Part shown: positions 17,930 to 27,961 of the stretch, in pieces
Numbering within the stretch: the stretch's first letter is position 1
How the letters are laid out: the number at the start of each line of letters is the position of its first letter
From: an uncultured Alphaproteobacteria bacterium
GTDB taxonomy: Bacteria; Pseudomonadota; Alphaproteobacteria; Rs-D84
Assembly (NCBI GenBank): GCA_944392815.1
Contig: CALXXY010000001.1
Location: 133,141 to 197,140 of the forward strand
Direction of reading: 5' to 3'
DNA length: 64,000 nucleotides
Position numbers and translations under genes: made by a program
Notes under the pieces: generated by a model
What the model saw: the letters and a program-made list of their open reading frames with translations, nothing else
The model's database searches: none
What the model was told of the DNA's origin: nothing

Positions 17930-18935
17930 TTACATTTCGGGTAATGAAGTATTTGATATGGCCGATATTCGTGCCGCTTTTGAAGAGGTTAGAAACACAT
18001 TACACCTGGGGTCGGACACGGTTATGTTTGGCGTGCCGGTTGATAATGATGACGCTTTTGCTGGTGCGGTGAAAACCGATGATGTTGCGCCCGTGCAGGT
18101 TGTGGAAACGGCGCCGGAAATTGATGATGACGTGGCACCTGTAATCACAAGCGTGGCGGTGGCAGATGTTGTACCCGAACCCGAAACTGTGCCCATGAAA
18201 AAATCCACAAAACGCGGTCGGGCAAAAAATAAAGTGACCCAGCCCGTTGTGGACGCGACCCCAGTTGATACGGACGAAAACGCGGACACGCAAAAAATTA
18301 TTCCTATATTATCAGTTTTGGGCGGAAAATCGGAATCTGCGTTGGATAACGCAACCGAAATTTCCGATACAAAATCCGACACGGTCGATGAAATAACAGA
18401 TGAAAGCGCGACGGATATTCCCGATATTGATATCAGTGCTGAATTTGATTCTGTATCCGTGGCGGCCGATGGCGACGATACGCCACATGCGGAAATTGTC
18501 GATATGATAACCGATGACGCGCCCGAGGCACCAATCGAAAAGACACTGGAACAGTTATTGGAAAGCATGACCCCCCTGCGCGAAGATACTGTCGAAGATA
18601 TCGTCCCCACCACCAGCGATGAAAATGTTTCCCCCGACATTGATTTGAATGATCTGGTTGCGGACGATACAATCGACAATGCGGGCGACGGTGATGCAAC
18701 GCTGGAAAAACTGGCGGCGGAATTTGCCGAAAATCAGGATAAAATTCCTGAGACACCAAAACCTGAATCACACAGCAAAATCGGAAAATTAAAAAATATT
18801 CTGCCATTTAAAAAGGCCAAACGCGAAGATACCGGCATTATGGGCGATTTGTTCGGCTGGGCCGGGATTGCAGCCAATGACGATGATTTTTCTATACCGG
18901 GATTTTTTACCCAGGCGGCGTCTTCTAAAAAATAG
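17913..18935 (+). CDS. Highly acidic, low-complexity (D/E/T/V-rich) protein, hypothetical
   Basis: gtggggga RBS + ATG at 17913 (MKTKIIYISGNEVFDMADIRAAF...); long acidic disordered stretch. Confidence 0.45.
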   Translation: MKTKIIYISGNEVFDMADIRAAFEEVRNTLHLGSDTVMFGVPVDNDDAFAGAVKTDDVAPVQVVETAPEIDDDVAPVITSVAVADVVPEPETVPMKKSTKRGRAKNKVTQPVVDATPVDTDENADTQKIIPILSVLGGKSESALDNATEISDTKSDTVDEITDESATDIPDIDISAEFDSVSVAADGDDTPHAEIVDMITDDAPEAPIEKTLEQLLESMTPLREDTVEDIVPTTSDENVSPDIDLNDLVADDTIDNAGDGDATLEKLAAEFAENQDKIPETPKPESHSKIGKLKNILPFKKAKREDTGIMGDLFGWAGIAANDDDFSIPGFFTQAASSKK

Positions 18936-18954
18936 GCAGATTTTATGATTTCAT

Positions 18955-19971
18955 ATGAACACGGATACAATTATTAGATTACTGCAAAATTCTGGATTCC
19001 ATATTTTGGGAATCGATAACTCGTATTTGTATCTGGAAGATCCATCGTGCGTATTACGCAGTTTTGAGACGTTTATCGATTATGCCTGGATTGCCATTAC
19101 ATGCATAGTTGGGGTGTTTTTATTCGGCTGGGCTATATCGATGATACGGGGGGCGAAAACTGACTATTTTACCAATTTACGAAATTTAATCATTATGCTG
19201 GGCACGCTGTCTGCGGGCGGATTTATTGTGAATTTAATCTGGGGTGATGATTTATTTGCACGTGGGTGTCGCACTATTCGCGTGTCCGTCGATGAATTAA
19301 ATACTGTGTTGGATATGCGAAATGCACAACTGTCACAATATAACGAATTTAATTTTTATGAACATTTCGAAATTGACGATTCTGGGGCAACTGCGTATGC
19401 AGATGCACCGCTGATGGCGGCCGGGGCGCCGGTTGATTTACAATCTGTGACTGTGTCCGGTGACGATGATGCCACCCAATTCCAGCCAAATCAGGATATC
19501 GCCGCATCGTATCCCGCAAATGCCCAGTCCCCAGTCAGCGCGCAGGAAATGTCACGCGATGTTGTATACACCAACAGGGACGGCACGCGATACAGAAAAA
19601 CTGGCGGTTCGCGCGCATGGCGCAATAACAACCCGGGCAATATCAGGTATTCTGCATTTACACGTCGTGCCGGCGCCATTGGCCAGGCCGGCGGTTTTGC
19701 CGTATTCCCGGACGAGTCCACCGGTATGCGCGCCATATCATCGTTGTTGCAAAGTGACAGTTATATAAATCTGACCATTGCGGGCGCAATCAGTCGCTAT
19801 GCGCCGCCTGTGGAAAACGATACCGCTGCGTATCACAGATCCATTCAAAAACTGACCGGGCTGTCCATCAATCGCCGTATTAGTGATTTAAGCGAAGCGG
19901 AACTGTCGCGTGTGGCAAATGCTATTCGCCAGATAGAGGGCTGGTCGGTCGGACGAATTGTATCTATGTAA
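18955..19971 (+). CDS. Membrane-anchored protein with C-terminal 'RAWRNNNPGN' domain (paralog 2)
   Basis: TM helix WIAITCIVGVFLFGWAISMI; C-terminus GGSRAWRNNNPGNIRYS...GFAVFPDESTGM...YAPPVENDT...EGWSVGR. Confidence 0.55.
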   Translation: MNTDTIIRLLQNSGFHILGIDNSYLYLEDPSCVLRSFETFIDYAWIAITCIVGVFLFGWAISMIRGAKTDYFTNLRNLIIMLGTLSAGGFIVNLIWGDDLFARGCRTIRVSVDELNTVLDMRNAQLSQYNEFNFYEHFEIDDSGATAYADAPLMAAGAPVDLQSVTVSGDDDATQFQPNQDIAASYPANAQSPVSAQEMSRDVVYTNRDGTRYRKTGGSRAWRNNNPGNIRYSAFTRRAGAIGQAGGFAVFPDESTGMRAISSLLQSDSYINLTIAGAISRYAPPVENDTAAYHRSIQKLTGLSINRRISDLSEAELSRVANAIRQIEGWSVGRIVSM

Positions 19972-19990
19972 AAAAAAACTGGGGGAAATT

Positions 19991-20635
19991 ATGAAGCGCA
20001 ATCAACAATCTGGGAATGTGGTATTTAATATTTTATTGGTCGTTATGTTTATCATAATCGGCGTGTTGATTTATATACTGGCGGGTGGGCCGGTGCCTAA
20101 ATTGGGCGATACGCGTGGTGTTCAATCCCCAGACATGGAATTTACAGACGACGATGCAACCGTGGCGCAAATTACGTCACGCGATACCGGCGAATTTTCA
20201 GATGGTTTGGTGCGCCCCAGTTTTTCTGAACAATATCCGTTGGACGAATTCGGGGCGGGAATTGCCGAACGGGCTGTGTTTGACATCGATATTAACGATG
20301 ACGGGCGCATGGACAGAATTACCCGCGTTCGCAATGAAAATGGGACTGACCATGGGTATTACGAGTATAAAATTGAATTAAATCAAAATGGGAACTGGGT
20401 TGATATTACCCCCGATGGTTTTCGCACGACCGAGGGCGCAGAATGCGCGTTGCAAAAATTACAATTTAATTTTCGCCCGCAATTCAGCGTTGTAAAAATT
20501 TCGCGCAAATGGTCTGAAACATGGGTCACACCAACAATGGCCACGCGGACGGTGTACACTTTTAACGACGGAAAATTGCAGGCGTCTGCGCCCCAGGAAT
20601 TAAAAACTGTATGTGACGTGACAGATTTATTTTAA
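19991..20635 (+). CDS. Hypothetical single-pass membrane protein
   Basis: gggggaaatt RBS; MKRNQQSGNVVFNILLVVMFIIIGVLIYILAGG TM segment; rest unknown. Confidence 0.4.
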   Translation: MKRNQQSGNVVFNILLVVMFIIIGVLIYILAGGPVPKLGDTRGVQSPDMEFTDDDATVAQITSRDTGEFSDGLVRPSFSEQYPLDEFGAGIAERAVFDIDINDDGRMDRITRVRNENGTDHGYYEYKIELNQNGNWVDITPDGFRTTEGAECALQKLQFNFRPQFSVVKISRKWSETWVTPTMATRTVYTFNDGKLQASAPQELKTVCDVTDLF

Positions 20636-21333
20636 TTCAATAAAAACATATTGCGCGCAGAATAAACTATGCCACCGGACACCACATAGTGATCCAGCAA
20701 TTGAATATCGACCGCGGCCAACAAATCCCGAACCACTGTTGTGATTTTTATATCATCGGTTGAAAAAGTTGTGTTTGGCGTCGGATGATTATGTACCATT
20801 AACACCGCAACTGCATTTAATTCCAACGCACGTTTTAATATTTCACGCGGATAAATGGCCGCCCAATCATTTGTGCCAACACTGTGCAGGTCATCTGATA
20901 ATAATCTGTAATCCTGACCCAGGTACAGGACATGACTTTCTTCGCGGGTTTTGCCGCCCAACAGCAACAGGCAATAATTTAACAATCCGCGTTCATTGTG
21001 AAACACCTGTTGTTGTGCCAATTCGCATTTATATCCAGCCAACATAATTTTATGAATGGATTTTATAAAAATTGCGGTATTGCGCCCAATGCCACGATAT
21101 TCCATTAATTTTTCAATTGGTGCGGTGATTATGGGATACAGCCCGCCGAACTGTTTCATCATGCCGCGTGCCAGTGGCCGCACATCGCGGCGCGGGATTA
21201 CAAAACTTAATAATAATTCCAACAATTCGTAATCTGCCAGATTGCCGTCCAAAAATTTCTGGCGCAGACGTTCACGATGTCCGTTATGAAACGCGACATC
21301 TGTGACGCCCATATCCGATTTTTTGTCTGACAT
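20632..21333 (-). CDS. radC: RadC-like JAB-domain protein (UPF0758)
   Basis: HhH-like N-terminus (LADYELLELLLSF), JAMM motif VLMVHNHPTPN..S.DD. Confidence 0.8.
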   Translation of the reverse strand: MSDKKSDMGVTDVAFHNGHRERLRQKFLDGNLADYELLELLLSFVIPRRDVRPLARGMMKQFGGLYPIITAPIEKLMEYRGIGRNTAIFIKSIHKIMLAGYKCELAQQQVFHNERGLLNYCLLLLGGKTREESHVLYLGQDYRLLSDDLHSVGTNDWAAIYPREILKRALELNAVAVLMVHNHPTPNTTFSTDDIKITTVVRDLLAAVDIQLLDHYVVSGGIVYSARNMFLLN

Positions 21334-22097
21334 TATTCCGCCATTTTTTCAGTGAATATTATGACGCCGTCCTCGGTAATTCCCAGGGTATGTTCCCACT
21401 GCGCCGACCAACCACCATCAACTGTGCGCGCGGTCCAACCGTCTGGATCTATTTTACATTCGGGACGCCCCATATTTATCATGGGTTCAATTGTAAACAC
21501 CAATCCCGGTACCATTTTCACCCTGTCCCACATTTTGTCGTAAAAATGGAAAATTTGCGGGTCATCGTGCATAACTTTGCCTATGCCATGGCCAACAAAA
21601 TCGCGCGAGATTGAAAATCCGTGTGGTTTTACGACAGATTCTATGGTTTTGCCGATTTCAGACAATGGAACGCCGGGGCCGCATACTGCGATGGCGGAAT
21701 TTAATGCGTCCTGGCACGTTTGAACCAATTCGCGCGCGCGTGGGGCGACATTACCAATCATAAACATACGCGACGCGTCACCGTGGAATCCTTTGTATTC
21801 TGCGGTTAAATCAACGTTGACGATATCGCCGTCTTTTAATATAACATCGTCGCTGGGGATACCATGCACAATTACATCATTTACAGATGTGCATATGCTT
21901 TTGGGATATCCCTGGTACCCCAGGTCGGACGAACGCGCCCCGTTTTCGCGCAAAAACTGTGCCACCAGACGATCTATTTCCCCAGTGGAAACACCGGCAT
22001 GAATATGCGGGGTTATAAAATCAAAGCAGCGTGCAACTAAATCGCCAACCACACGCAAACGTTTAAAATCTTTTGGCGCGTATACAGATGATAACAT
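21333..22097 (-). CDS. map: Methionine aminopeptidase type I
   Basis: VHGIPSD, DIVNVDLTAEYKGFHGD, FVGHGIG, EPMIN metal-ligand motifs; TAATG overlap with radC. Confidence 0.95.
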   Translation of the reverse strand: MLSSVYAPKDFKRLRVVGDLVARCFDFITPHIHAGVSTGEIDRLVAQFLRENGARSSDLGYQGYPKSICTSVNDVIVHGIPSDDVILKDGDIVNVDLTAEYKGFHGDASRMFMIGNVAPRARELVQTCQDALNSAIAVCGPGVPLSEIGKTIESVVKPHGFSISRDFVGHGIGKVMHDDPQIFHFYDKMWDRVKMVPGLVFTIEPMINMGRPECKIDPDGWTARTVDGGWSAQWEHTLGITEDGVIIFTEKMAE

Positions 22098-22101
22098 TGA
22101 T

Positions 22102-23091
22102 TTATTTCCTTCGTTTAATGGCCATTTTCATTGTGCGCATGGCCAATTTCAGTGCAAAATCACGCAATAATATTTCGCCCGGCATACCAGTCGTGCGCAG
22201 TTGCTGTTCCAATTCGGTCAAACGCTGCAATACCGCAACCAAATCATTTTCTGACCAGATTTTCACAGCCAATTCGAATTTATCCTGGACCTTCCAAAAC
22301 AGGCGGGGCAATTGACCTTCGACAACGGCGGTCAACAGGCGTTTAAAATGTATATTCAGCATGCGAACCAGCGCATTTGGATCAACACCGTTGTACAATA
22401 ATCTGTCCAATGCGGTCATTGTTTGCTGGATATATCCGGCGGTCAAAGAATATAAAAAATCGTCCATGCTGGCCGCGCCTGTATCAGGCAGGCATTTTTC
22501 TACATCGTCCAGTTCAACTGTTTTTTTATCGTTAACATACAATGCGATTTTTGCCAAAAAACCACGCGTAATGCCACGATCGCCCCCCAGGTGCGATGTC
22601 ATGTACGCCATGGCATCGGGGGTGATTTGCTGAATCCCCGCGTCGGCGGATAATTCGCGACGTATTAATGCCGCCAGCGCACGCGCATCGTCCGTATAGC
22701 ACGGCAATGTCGCCAAATCTGTTGCGTTTTCAAACAACGCGCGCAATCCACCACCCGCGCGCAAATCGCCGGCCGCAACAATAACAGTCGCACACAGGCC
22801 TGAATGCGTGACCAATTCCGAGATTAAATCAGCGTCACTGTCGCCGGCGTTGGATATTATCACCATTTTGCGACCACCAAACATAGATGGACTGCAACTT
22901 TCCGCGAACAGTGCGTCTGTTTTGTCACGCAGTTCGTTTGAATCCAGGGCGAACAGGTTATCTTTTTCAATTTCCAATTTTTCAACCGCACGATCACAAA
23001 ATTCGTCCACCTGGCCTGCGTCAGGGCCATATATTAACACTGCACGAATTTTTTCAATGCCGGTATTAAAATCAGATTCTTTCCATTTCAT
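22102..23091 (-). CDS. holA: DNA polymerase III delta subunit
   Basis: MKWKE...VLIYGPDAGQVDEF...; position downstream of lptE as in many Proteobacteria. Confidence 0.75.
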   Translation of the reverse strand: MKWKESDFNTGIEKIRAVLIYGPDAGQVDEFCDRAVEKLEIEKDNLFALDSNELRDKTDALFAESCSPSMFGGRKMVIISNAGDSDADLISELVTHSGLCATVIVAAGDLRAGGGLRALFENATDLATLPCYTDDARALAALIRRELSADAGIQQITPDAMAYMTSHLGGDRGITRGFLAKIALYVNDKKTVELDDVEKCLPDTGAASMDDFLYSLTAGYIQQTMTALDRLLYNGVDPNALVRMLNIHFKRLLTAVVEGQLPRLFWKVQDKFELAVKIWSENDLVAVLQRLTELEQQLRTTGMPGEILLRDFALKLAMRTMKMAIKRRK

Positions 23092-23093
23092 TA

Positions 23094-23567
23094 TTATTTT
23101 TCGTCGTCAGAATTTTCATGCCGATATGTTTCAGTTATTACACGTGTGCCGATTTTATCGGCCAAAACCTGGACCGTGTTTTGAACAGCACTGTTATACG
23201 ACGCGTTCGCCGCAACCAGATATCGCACAAACGTATATGATTCAGACGCACTTTCCGTGCCACTCATTATTTCTGTATCACCCGCCGACAATGTGTATGT
23301 GGCCGTCAGGACGATTTCCTGCCACGTGGCGTCACCGGTGGATTCCAGGGCCTTGTACTGGGTGACGGGTTCCGCCAGGTTTACAGTTAATGTATATTTC
23401 GCGCCCGCATCACGCACACCGCCGAATTTGGCATTTAATTCATTACGCAATTCAATGCCGTTAATACCGCTGATGGGCGCGACATAAATATCTGTATCCG
23501 CGCCAGTGTACATCGGGCGAAAACCGCATGCCGACAGTAATAATAAAATTGGTATGTATTTTTTCAT
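23094..23567 (-). CDS. lptE: LPS-assembly lipoprotein LptE
   Basis: Lipobox LLLSACGF; 157 aa; immediately upstream of holA. Confidence 0.6.
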   Translation of the reverse strand: MKKYIPILLLLSACGFRPMYTGADTDIYVAPISGINGIELRNELNAKFGGVRDAGAKYTLTVNLAEPVTQYKALESTGDATWQEIVLTATYTLSAGDTEIMSGTESASESYTFVRYLVAANASYNSAVQNTVQVLADKIGTRVITETYRHENSDDEK

Positions 23568-23626
23568 CTTTTCCTGTTGCTTTTTATCCTTATATTACCT
23601 AGAGTTTTAATAAATCGCAAGGGGGA

Positions 23627-24865
23627 ATGATGAATATTTTTATGATGATTTTGGTCGCGATATTCATGGTTGGATTTTATATGATAAGCAGCCCCAGCCA
23701 ACGCGTGACAGAACAGGAAACTGAATACGCAATTAATAAATCTGATATGCGGTCAATTGCTGAATGCGCGTCGGCCAAACACAATGCACAAATCAAGGGC
23801 ACCGAATTCAATGATGTTTGTGTGGAACAAAATCAAATCAACAGCCAATTTGTATGTCTGAATTCCAACATGCGTATAACCAGTTGCGAAATTACACGAA
23901 ATAAACGGCCTGAATACAGTTATATCGTGACCGCAACCACACCAATTGATGTCGACAGTTATAACGATATGCTGGAAATACTGGAAGAATATTTCCCAGA
24001 CGCCGGCACATTCGGCATATTTATGGACGGCAAAATTATGGTTGGGGGATTGTCTGGGGCACGAATTGTACCGGACGCCATTATTGATGAAATGGAATTA
24101 ACCAACGGGCAACTGATATATTTCACGCAATATGAAATCCCAGACGAAGAAACTGTTTTCACTGCGCCTGTGCAAACCGATGTTATTTGCCCGATTGGAA
24201 CGGTTAAAACATACAGATTCGGCCGGTGGCAATGCATAGGATATAACACAAAAACAGATTGTGGCGGTGATATGATTTGGGATTCTGAATTGTTAATGTG
24301 TGTGGCCGATGAATCAAAAAAGCCACTGTGTGCGGAACAACAAACGGCTGTGTTGGTCGACAGTGTATGGGAATGCGTGAACCCGTTTCCTGAAAAAGTA
24401 TGTCCAGACGGCATGATTGCACGATTGAATTATAATACACTGGAATGGGAATGCGTTGTAAATCCAAACGAAATTGCAGATACTAAGAAATGTGACACTG
24501 TGTCCCAGGGCGTTATTTTCGGCCCGGTTGGTACAACCGCACGCGTGCCGACAACATCATGCACAGATTGCGAAACTATGATTACAAATCCAGACACGTG
24601 CGAATCCGTGTGCGTGCCCGACCCGTCAAAAATTAACGACCCGGCATGTTATAGTGCCACCGGCGATTGCAGTGGCCCGTCGCGCGGATATTATTTCGGT
24701 TTTCCATCGTATTCATATGCCACGCACGTTGACGCAGTTGCCGGGTACACAATCCCACTGGACGCGGCACATTCACAAAATCGCAAATTTAACTGTTTGG
24801 ATTGTGGCGATGGCGAAATAGATTCAGAAAAATCGTTGCCGCCGTATATTTCTGTGTGCAAATAA
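23627..24865 (+). CDS. Cys-rich membrane-anchored protein, hypothetical
   Basis: N-terminal TM (ILVAIFMVGFYMI); ~30 Cys in the periplasmic part; no known motif. Confidence 0.45.
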   Translation: MMNIFMMILVAIFMVGFYMISSPSQRVTEQETEYAINKSDMRSIAECASAKHNAQIKGTEFNDVCVEQNQINSQFVCLNSNMRITSCEITRNKRPEYSYIVTATTPIDVDSYNDMLEILEEYFPDAGTFGIFMDGKIMVGGLSGARIVPDAIIDEMELTNGQLIYFTQYEIPDEETVFTAPVQTDVICPIGTVKTYRFGRWQCIGYNTKTDCGGDMIWDSELLMCVADESKKPLCAEQQTAVLVDSVWECVNPFPEKVCPDGMIARLNYNTLEWECVVNPNEIADTKKCDTVSQGVIFGPVGTTARVPTTSCTDCETMITNPDTCESVCVPDPSKINDPACYSATGDCSGPSRGYYFGFPSYSYATHVDAVAGYTIPLDAAHSQNRKFNCLDCGDGEIDSEKSLPPYISVCK

Positions 24866-24891
24866 AAATGCGCCGTGTGGCGCATTTTTAC
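24864..24891. terminator. Bidirectional terminator
   Basis: aaaaatgcgcc-gtgt-ggcgcattttta. Confidence 0.65.
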
Positions 24892-25439
24892 CTGGAATAT
24901 TGTTTTATTTGCGCGGCAATTTCCTGCATGCGCTGTATTGTGTCTTCGTATTCCTGGCGATAACGTTCTGTGTCGGCGATGGCCTGTTCGTATGTATTGG
25001 CGTCACGTTCAGATGGGTTCATGTTGGCCTGGGCCGCGAACATTGTATCGGACAAGATTTCAGAATATTCGTCCAATTTGTCATATTGGCGGCGTAATTC
25101 AACCAAACGCGCATCTTTGACGACACGGTCGTATGTTTTATCGAAATTTTCTGCCGCATTTAATTCACGTTGTGCAGACGCCAATTTATTCGCCACAGGT
25201 TGCAGAACACTGATTTCATGTTCCATGTCCGCGATTTCCGATTGGGCCTCTATCGTGTCGGCACGGTCATAACGATTGTTGTCGATAAAACGCTGCAAAT
25301 TGGATATATTGCGGCGATAATTGTCGATTTTGCTGATGGCGCGATGACCGTTATCAACCGCGCTTTGCAGGGCGGGCCGTTTATTGTCCACCAAAGATTT
25401 TAAAATATTAAAAACACCCATATTGACGCGACGTGTCAT
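24888..25439 (-). CDS. Cytoplasmic coiled-coil protein, possibly PspA/IM30-like
   Basis: Start moved to the ATG at 25439, which has a perfect aaggag RBS 7 nt upstream (MTRRVNMGVFNILKSLVDNKRPALQ...); heptad-rich throughout; the family call is weak. Confidence 0.45.
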   Translation of the reverse strand: MTRRVNMGVFNILKSLVDNKRPALQSAVDNGHRAISKIDNYRRNISNLQRFIDNNRYDRADTIEAQSEIADMEHEISVLQPVANKLASAQRELNAAENFDKTYDRVVKDARLVELRRQYDKLDEYSEILSDTMFAAQANMNPSERDANTYEQAIADTERYRQEYEDTIQRMQEIAAQIKQYSR

Positions 25440-25554
25440 ACTCACTCCTTTTACACACGCTAATATAGTACCAAACATATGTTTTGTCAATATACAACGC
25501 TAAAAAATATAAAACTCGGTTGATTTTATAAAAATATTGTGGTCTAATTTTGAT

Positions 25555-25735
25555 GATGACAGGTGTTTCTGTCATTGGGTCTTACTAACCCATGGTGTTG
25601 ATGTCAGAGATGACATTAAATATCTCCAACTGCATCACGGTTGGAGTGCGTGTAATATACAAATAAGCGCGACAATATCAACACATTGTTAGTAAGCTCC
25701 AACCACCAGATTTTTTGTTTGGTGGTGTTTTGTTT
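25555..25735 (+). ncRNA. Candidate structured leader RNA / sRNA upstream of PAP2 gene
   Basis: TTGATT-17-TCTAAT promoter-like at ~25520-25552; long-range complementary cttactaac(25582)/gttagtaag(25688); hairpins gatgtca..tgacat and ctccaac..gttggag; terminator-like ccaccagattttttgtttggtgg+T-run at 25700-25733. Confidence 0.25.
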
Positions 25736-25761
25736 ACCGCACAAAACAAGGAGTTCTGGCG

Positions 25762-26319
25762 ATGTTCAAAAAAACAAATATTGCGTTAATCGCAATATTA
25801 TCAATTGCGTCACCGGCGATTTTTTGCGCGCCTGCAAACGCAGGTGGCCCGTTTTCCAATCCAAATTCACTGGGCGATGTGATGATGGTTATGGCGCCTG
25901 CGTATGCGTTGGGTATGACCGTCATGGCCCGTGACTGGGTGGGCACACTGGAATTAGGCGGTTCCGTTTTGGCCGCACAATTGGCCAGCGAAGGAATCAA
26001 AGCACTGGAACTGGAAAGACGCCCCAACGGCAGCGATTATAAATCTTTGCCCAGCGGACACGCAGCGGGCGCATTTTCAGCCGCAATGTTCGTTCATAAA
26101 CGATATGGGTGGAAACCTGCCCTGATTCCATATGGAATGAGTTTGGTGACCGGCTGGTCCCGTGTAAAGGCCCGCGCGCATTATTGGCACGATGTGTTGG
26201 CTGGTGCGGCAGTGTCCGCATTATTCACGTGGATATTGGTGGATAAATATATCCCAGACGGCGTCAATATTGCTGTCGACACAGACGGCGTGGCGGTTGA
26301 ATTCAAAACTGAATTTTAA
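25762..26319 (+). CDS. PAP2-family phosphatase (signal peptide)
   Basis: KX6RP (LERRPNG), PSGH (SLPSGHA), SRX5HX3D (SRVKARAHYWHD) acid-phosphatase motifs. Confidence 0.75.
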   Translation: MFKKTNIALIAILSIASPAIFCAPANAGGPFSNPNSLGDVMMVMAPAYALGMTVMARDWVGTLELGGSVLAAQLASEGIKALELERRPNGSDYKSLPSGHAAGAFSAAMFVHKRYGWKPALIPYGMSLVTGWSRVKARAHYWHDVLAGAAVSALFTWILVDKYIPDGVNIAVDTDGVAVEFKTEF

Positions 26320-26331
26320 TCGCAAAATAAC

Positions 26332-26366
26332 AAAAAAATATCCGGGGTGACCCGGATATTTTTTAT
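26332..26366. terminator. Bidirectional terminator
   Basis: atatccggg-gtga-cccggatat + T6. Confidence 0.7.
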
Positions 26367-27961
26367 TCTGCGGCGGACACGCGGGTAAATGCGCCATTGT
26401 CCAACATTTCGCGCACGGCGAAATTTTTAATCTTGCGCGCAGATGTTTGTGGCAATTCCTGTTCTGTTATCGCGAAATTACGCACCCATTTATATGGCGC
26501 AATTTTTAAATTTGACGATTTTACCAACGCAGAAACACGCGCAGCCGATGTGCCGGGCGCAACCTGGAATACCGCAAACGGTACAGTTTTGCCACGAATC
26601 ACGTATTCAAACACAGCCGCGGCCAGGATTTCTGAGTTTTGCATGTATAAATCTTCTAATTCGTCGGGATATACATTTTTACCACTGTCCAGAACGATGA
26701 CCTGTTTTTTACGACCCTTTACCACCAGGCGGCCACGTTTATCCAGTTTGCCCAAATCACCTGTTTTGAACCAACCGTTTTCAAACGCCGCCGCATTTGC
26801 GTCGTCATTATCAACATATCCAGGCATAACCAATTTACCACGCACCCAAATTTCACCAACCCCGTGTTTGTCGGGATTATGAATTTCAATTTCATTGCCC
26901 GGCAATGGGCCTGCATAGTGCATGGAACCGTCCGGCAACCGAAACGCGAAATTAAAATTCGCCGGACCGGTTGTTTCCGTCAATCCATAACAGTCACCAA
27001 CAACGAATCCCAGTCGTTCGAAAAATTTCCGAATTGTGGGCTTTAACGTTGCGCCGGCAGACACCAGAACTTTGGTGCGGCCACCAAACAAATCGTGCAC
27101 AGGTTTGGTCACTTTGTTCACAATTGCCCCCAACCCAATGGCACGCAGCACGTGACGCAACGATACAACCACGCGCATTAATGTGTATACATGCTTTTCT
27201 TTGGCTGTGGCGATGATTTTTTTATAGAACGTTTCCCAAATACGCGGAACTGCGGGGATAACTTCGGGCTTGAACTTTTTAAAATCTGCCATAAATTCAC
27301 GCGGGTTTAACACAGGTTGCAACAGCAATTTACCACGCAGCACCAGCGGCGCGATAATATTAATCACCACGCCATATATGTGATACAGCGGTAAAAATCC
27401 ATAAAAAGTATATCCAGGGTGAATGACTGGGCTGTAAAACAATGCGCCATCGCCCAATGATATAATGTTATCGTGGGTTAAACCAACAACCTTTGGATTG
27501 CCGGTTGATCCAGACGTAAATGACAACATCGCAATATCATCGCGTTTGGCCGGGGCCGCAACAAATTCGCGGGCGTCTGTGTCATCAACCGATTCTATGT
27601 CGAACATTTTTGGCACACCGCGACCGGCCACGAAATATTCGCGCTGGGCCAATACCAATTTACATTTCGTGCGGCGCATCATATTAATGTGTTCGGACGA
27701 CGCCAGACCCGTATCCAACATCAAAACGCGTGCGCCCTGGGATACTATGGCGAAATACGAACGTATGAAATCCGGTGTGTTGCCGGATAAAATCGCAACT
27801 GTATCACCACGTTTTACACCGAATTTTTTTGCCAACAGAACCGCGCGTTGTTTCACACGGCGCAATAAATCTGCATAGGTTTCGTTCTGTCTGACAAAGA
27901 AAATACGGTCTTTGTTCTGGGAACATACCTGGTGCAGCATGTCATAGATATTTTTTATCAT
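26363..27961 (-). CDS. AMP-dependent synthetase/ligase (long-chain acyl-CoA / acyl-ACP synthetase-like)
   Basis: AMP-binding motif SFTSGSTGNPKVV; 532 aa. Confidence 0.8.
   Translation of the reverse strand: MIKNIYDMLHQVCSQNKDRIFFVRQNETYADLLRRVKQRAVLLAKKFGVKRGDTVAILSGNTPDFIRSYFAIVSQGARVLMLDTGLASSEHINMMRRTKCKLVLAQREYFVAGRGVPKMFDIESVDDTDAREFVAAPAKRDDIAMLSFTSGSTGNPKVVGLTHDNIISLGDGALFYSPVIHPGYTFYGFLPLYHIYGVVINIIAPLVLRGKLLLQPVLNPREFMADFKKFKPEVIPAVPRIWETFYKKIIATAKEKHVYTLMRVVVSLRHVLRAIGLGAIVNKVTKPVHDLFGGRTKVLVSAGATLKPTIRKFFERLGFVVGDCYGLTETTGPANFNFAFRLPDGSMHYAGPLPGNEIEIHNPDKHGVGEIWVRGKLVMPGYVDNDDANAAAFENGWFKTGDLGKLDKRGRLVVKGRKKQVIVLDSGKNVYPDELEDLYMQNSEILAAAVFEYVIRGKTVPFAVFQVAPGTSAARVSALVKSSNLKIAPYKWVRNFAITEQELPQTSARKIKNFAVREMLDNGAFTRVSAAE

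Noticed and set aside
17930-18807. Minus-strand ORFs 17930-18679 (249 aa, Ser/Thr-rich) and 18433-18807
   Set aside because: Antisense to the acidic low-complexity gene. Complementary low-complexity DNA gives long open frames, and the plus-strand ORF has the RBS and start context.
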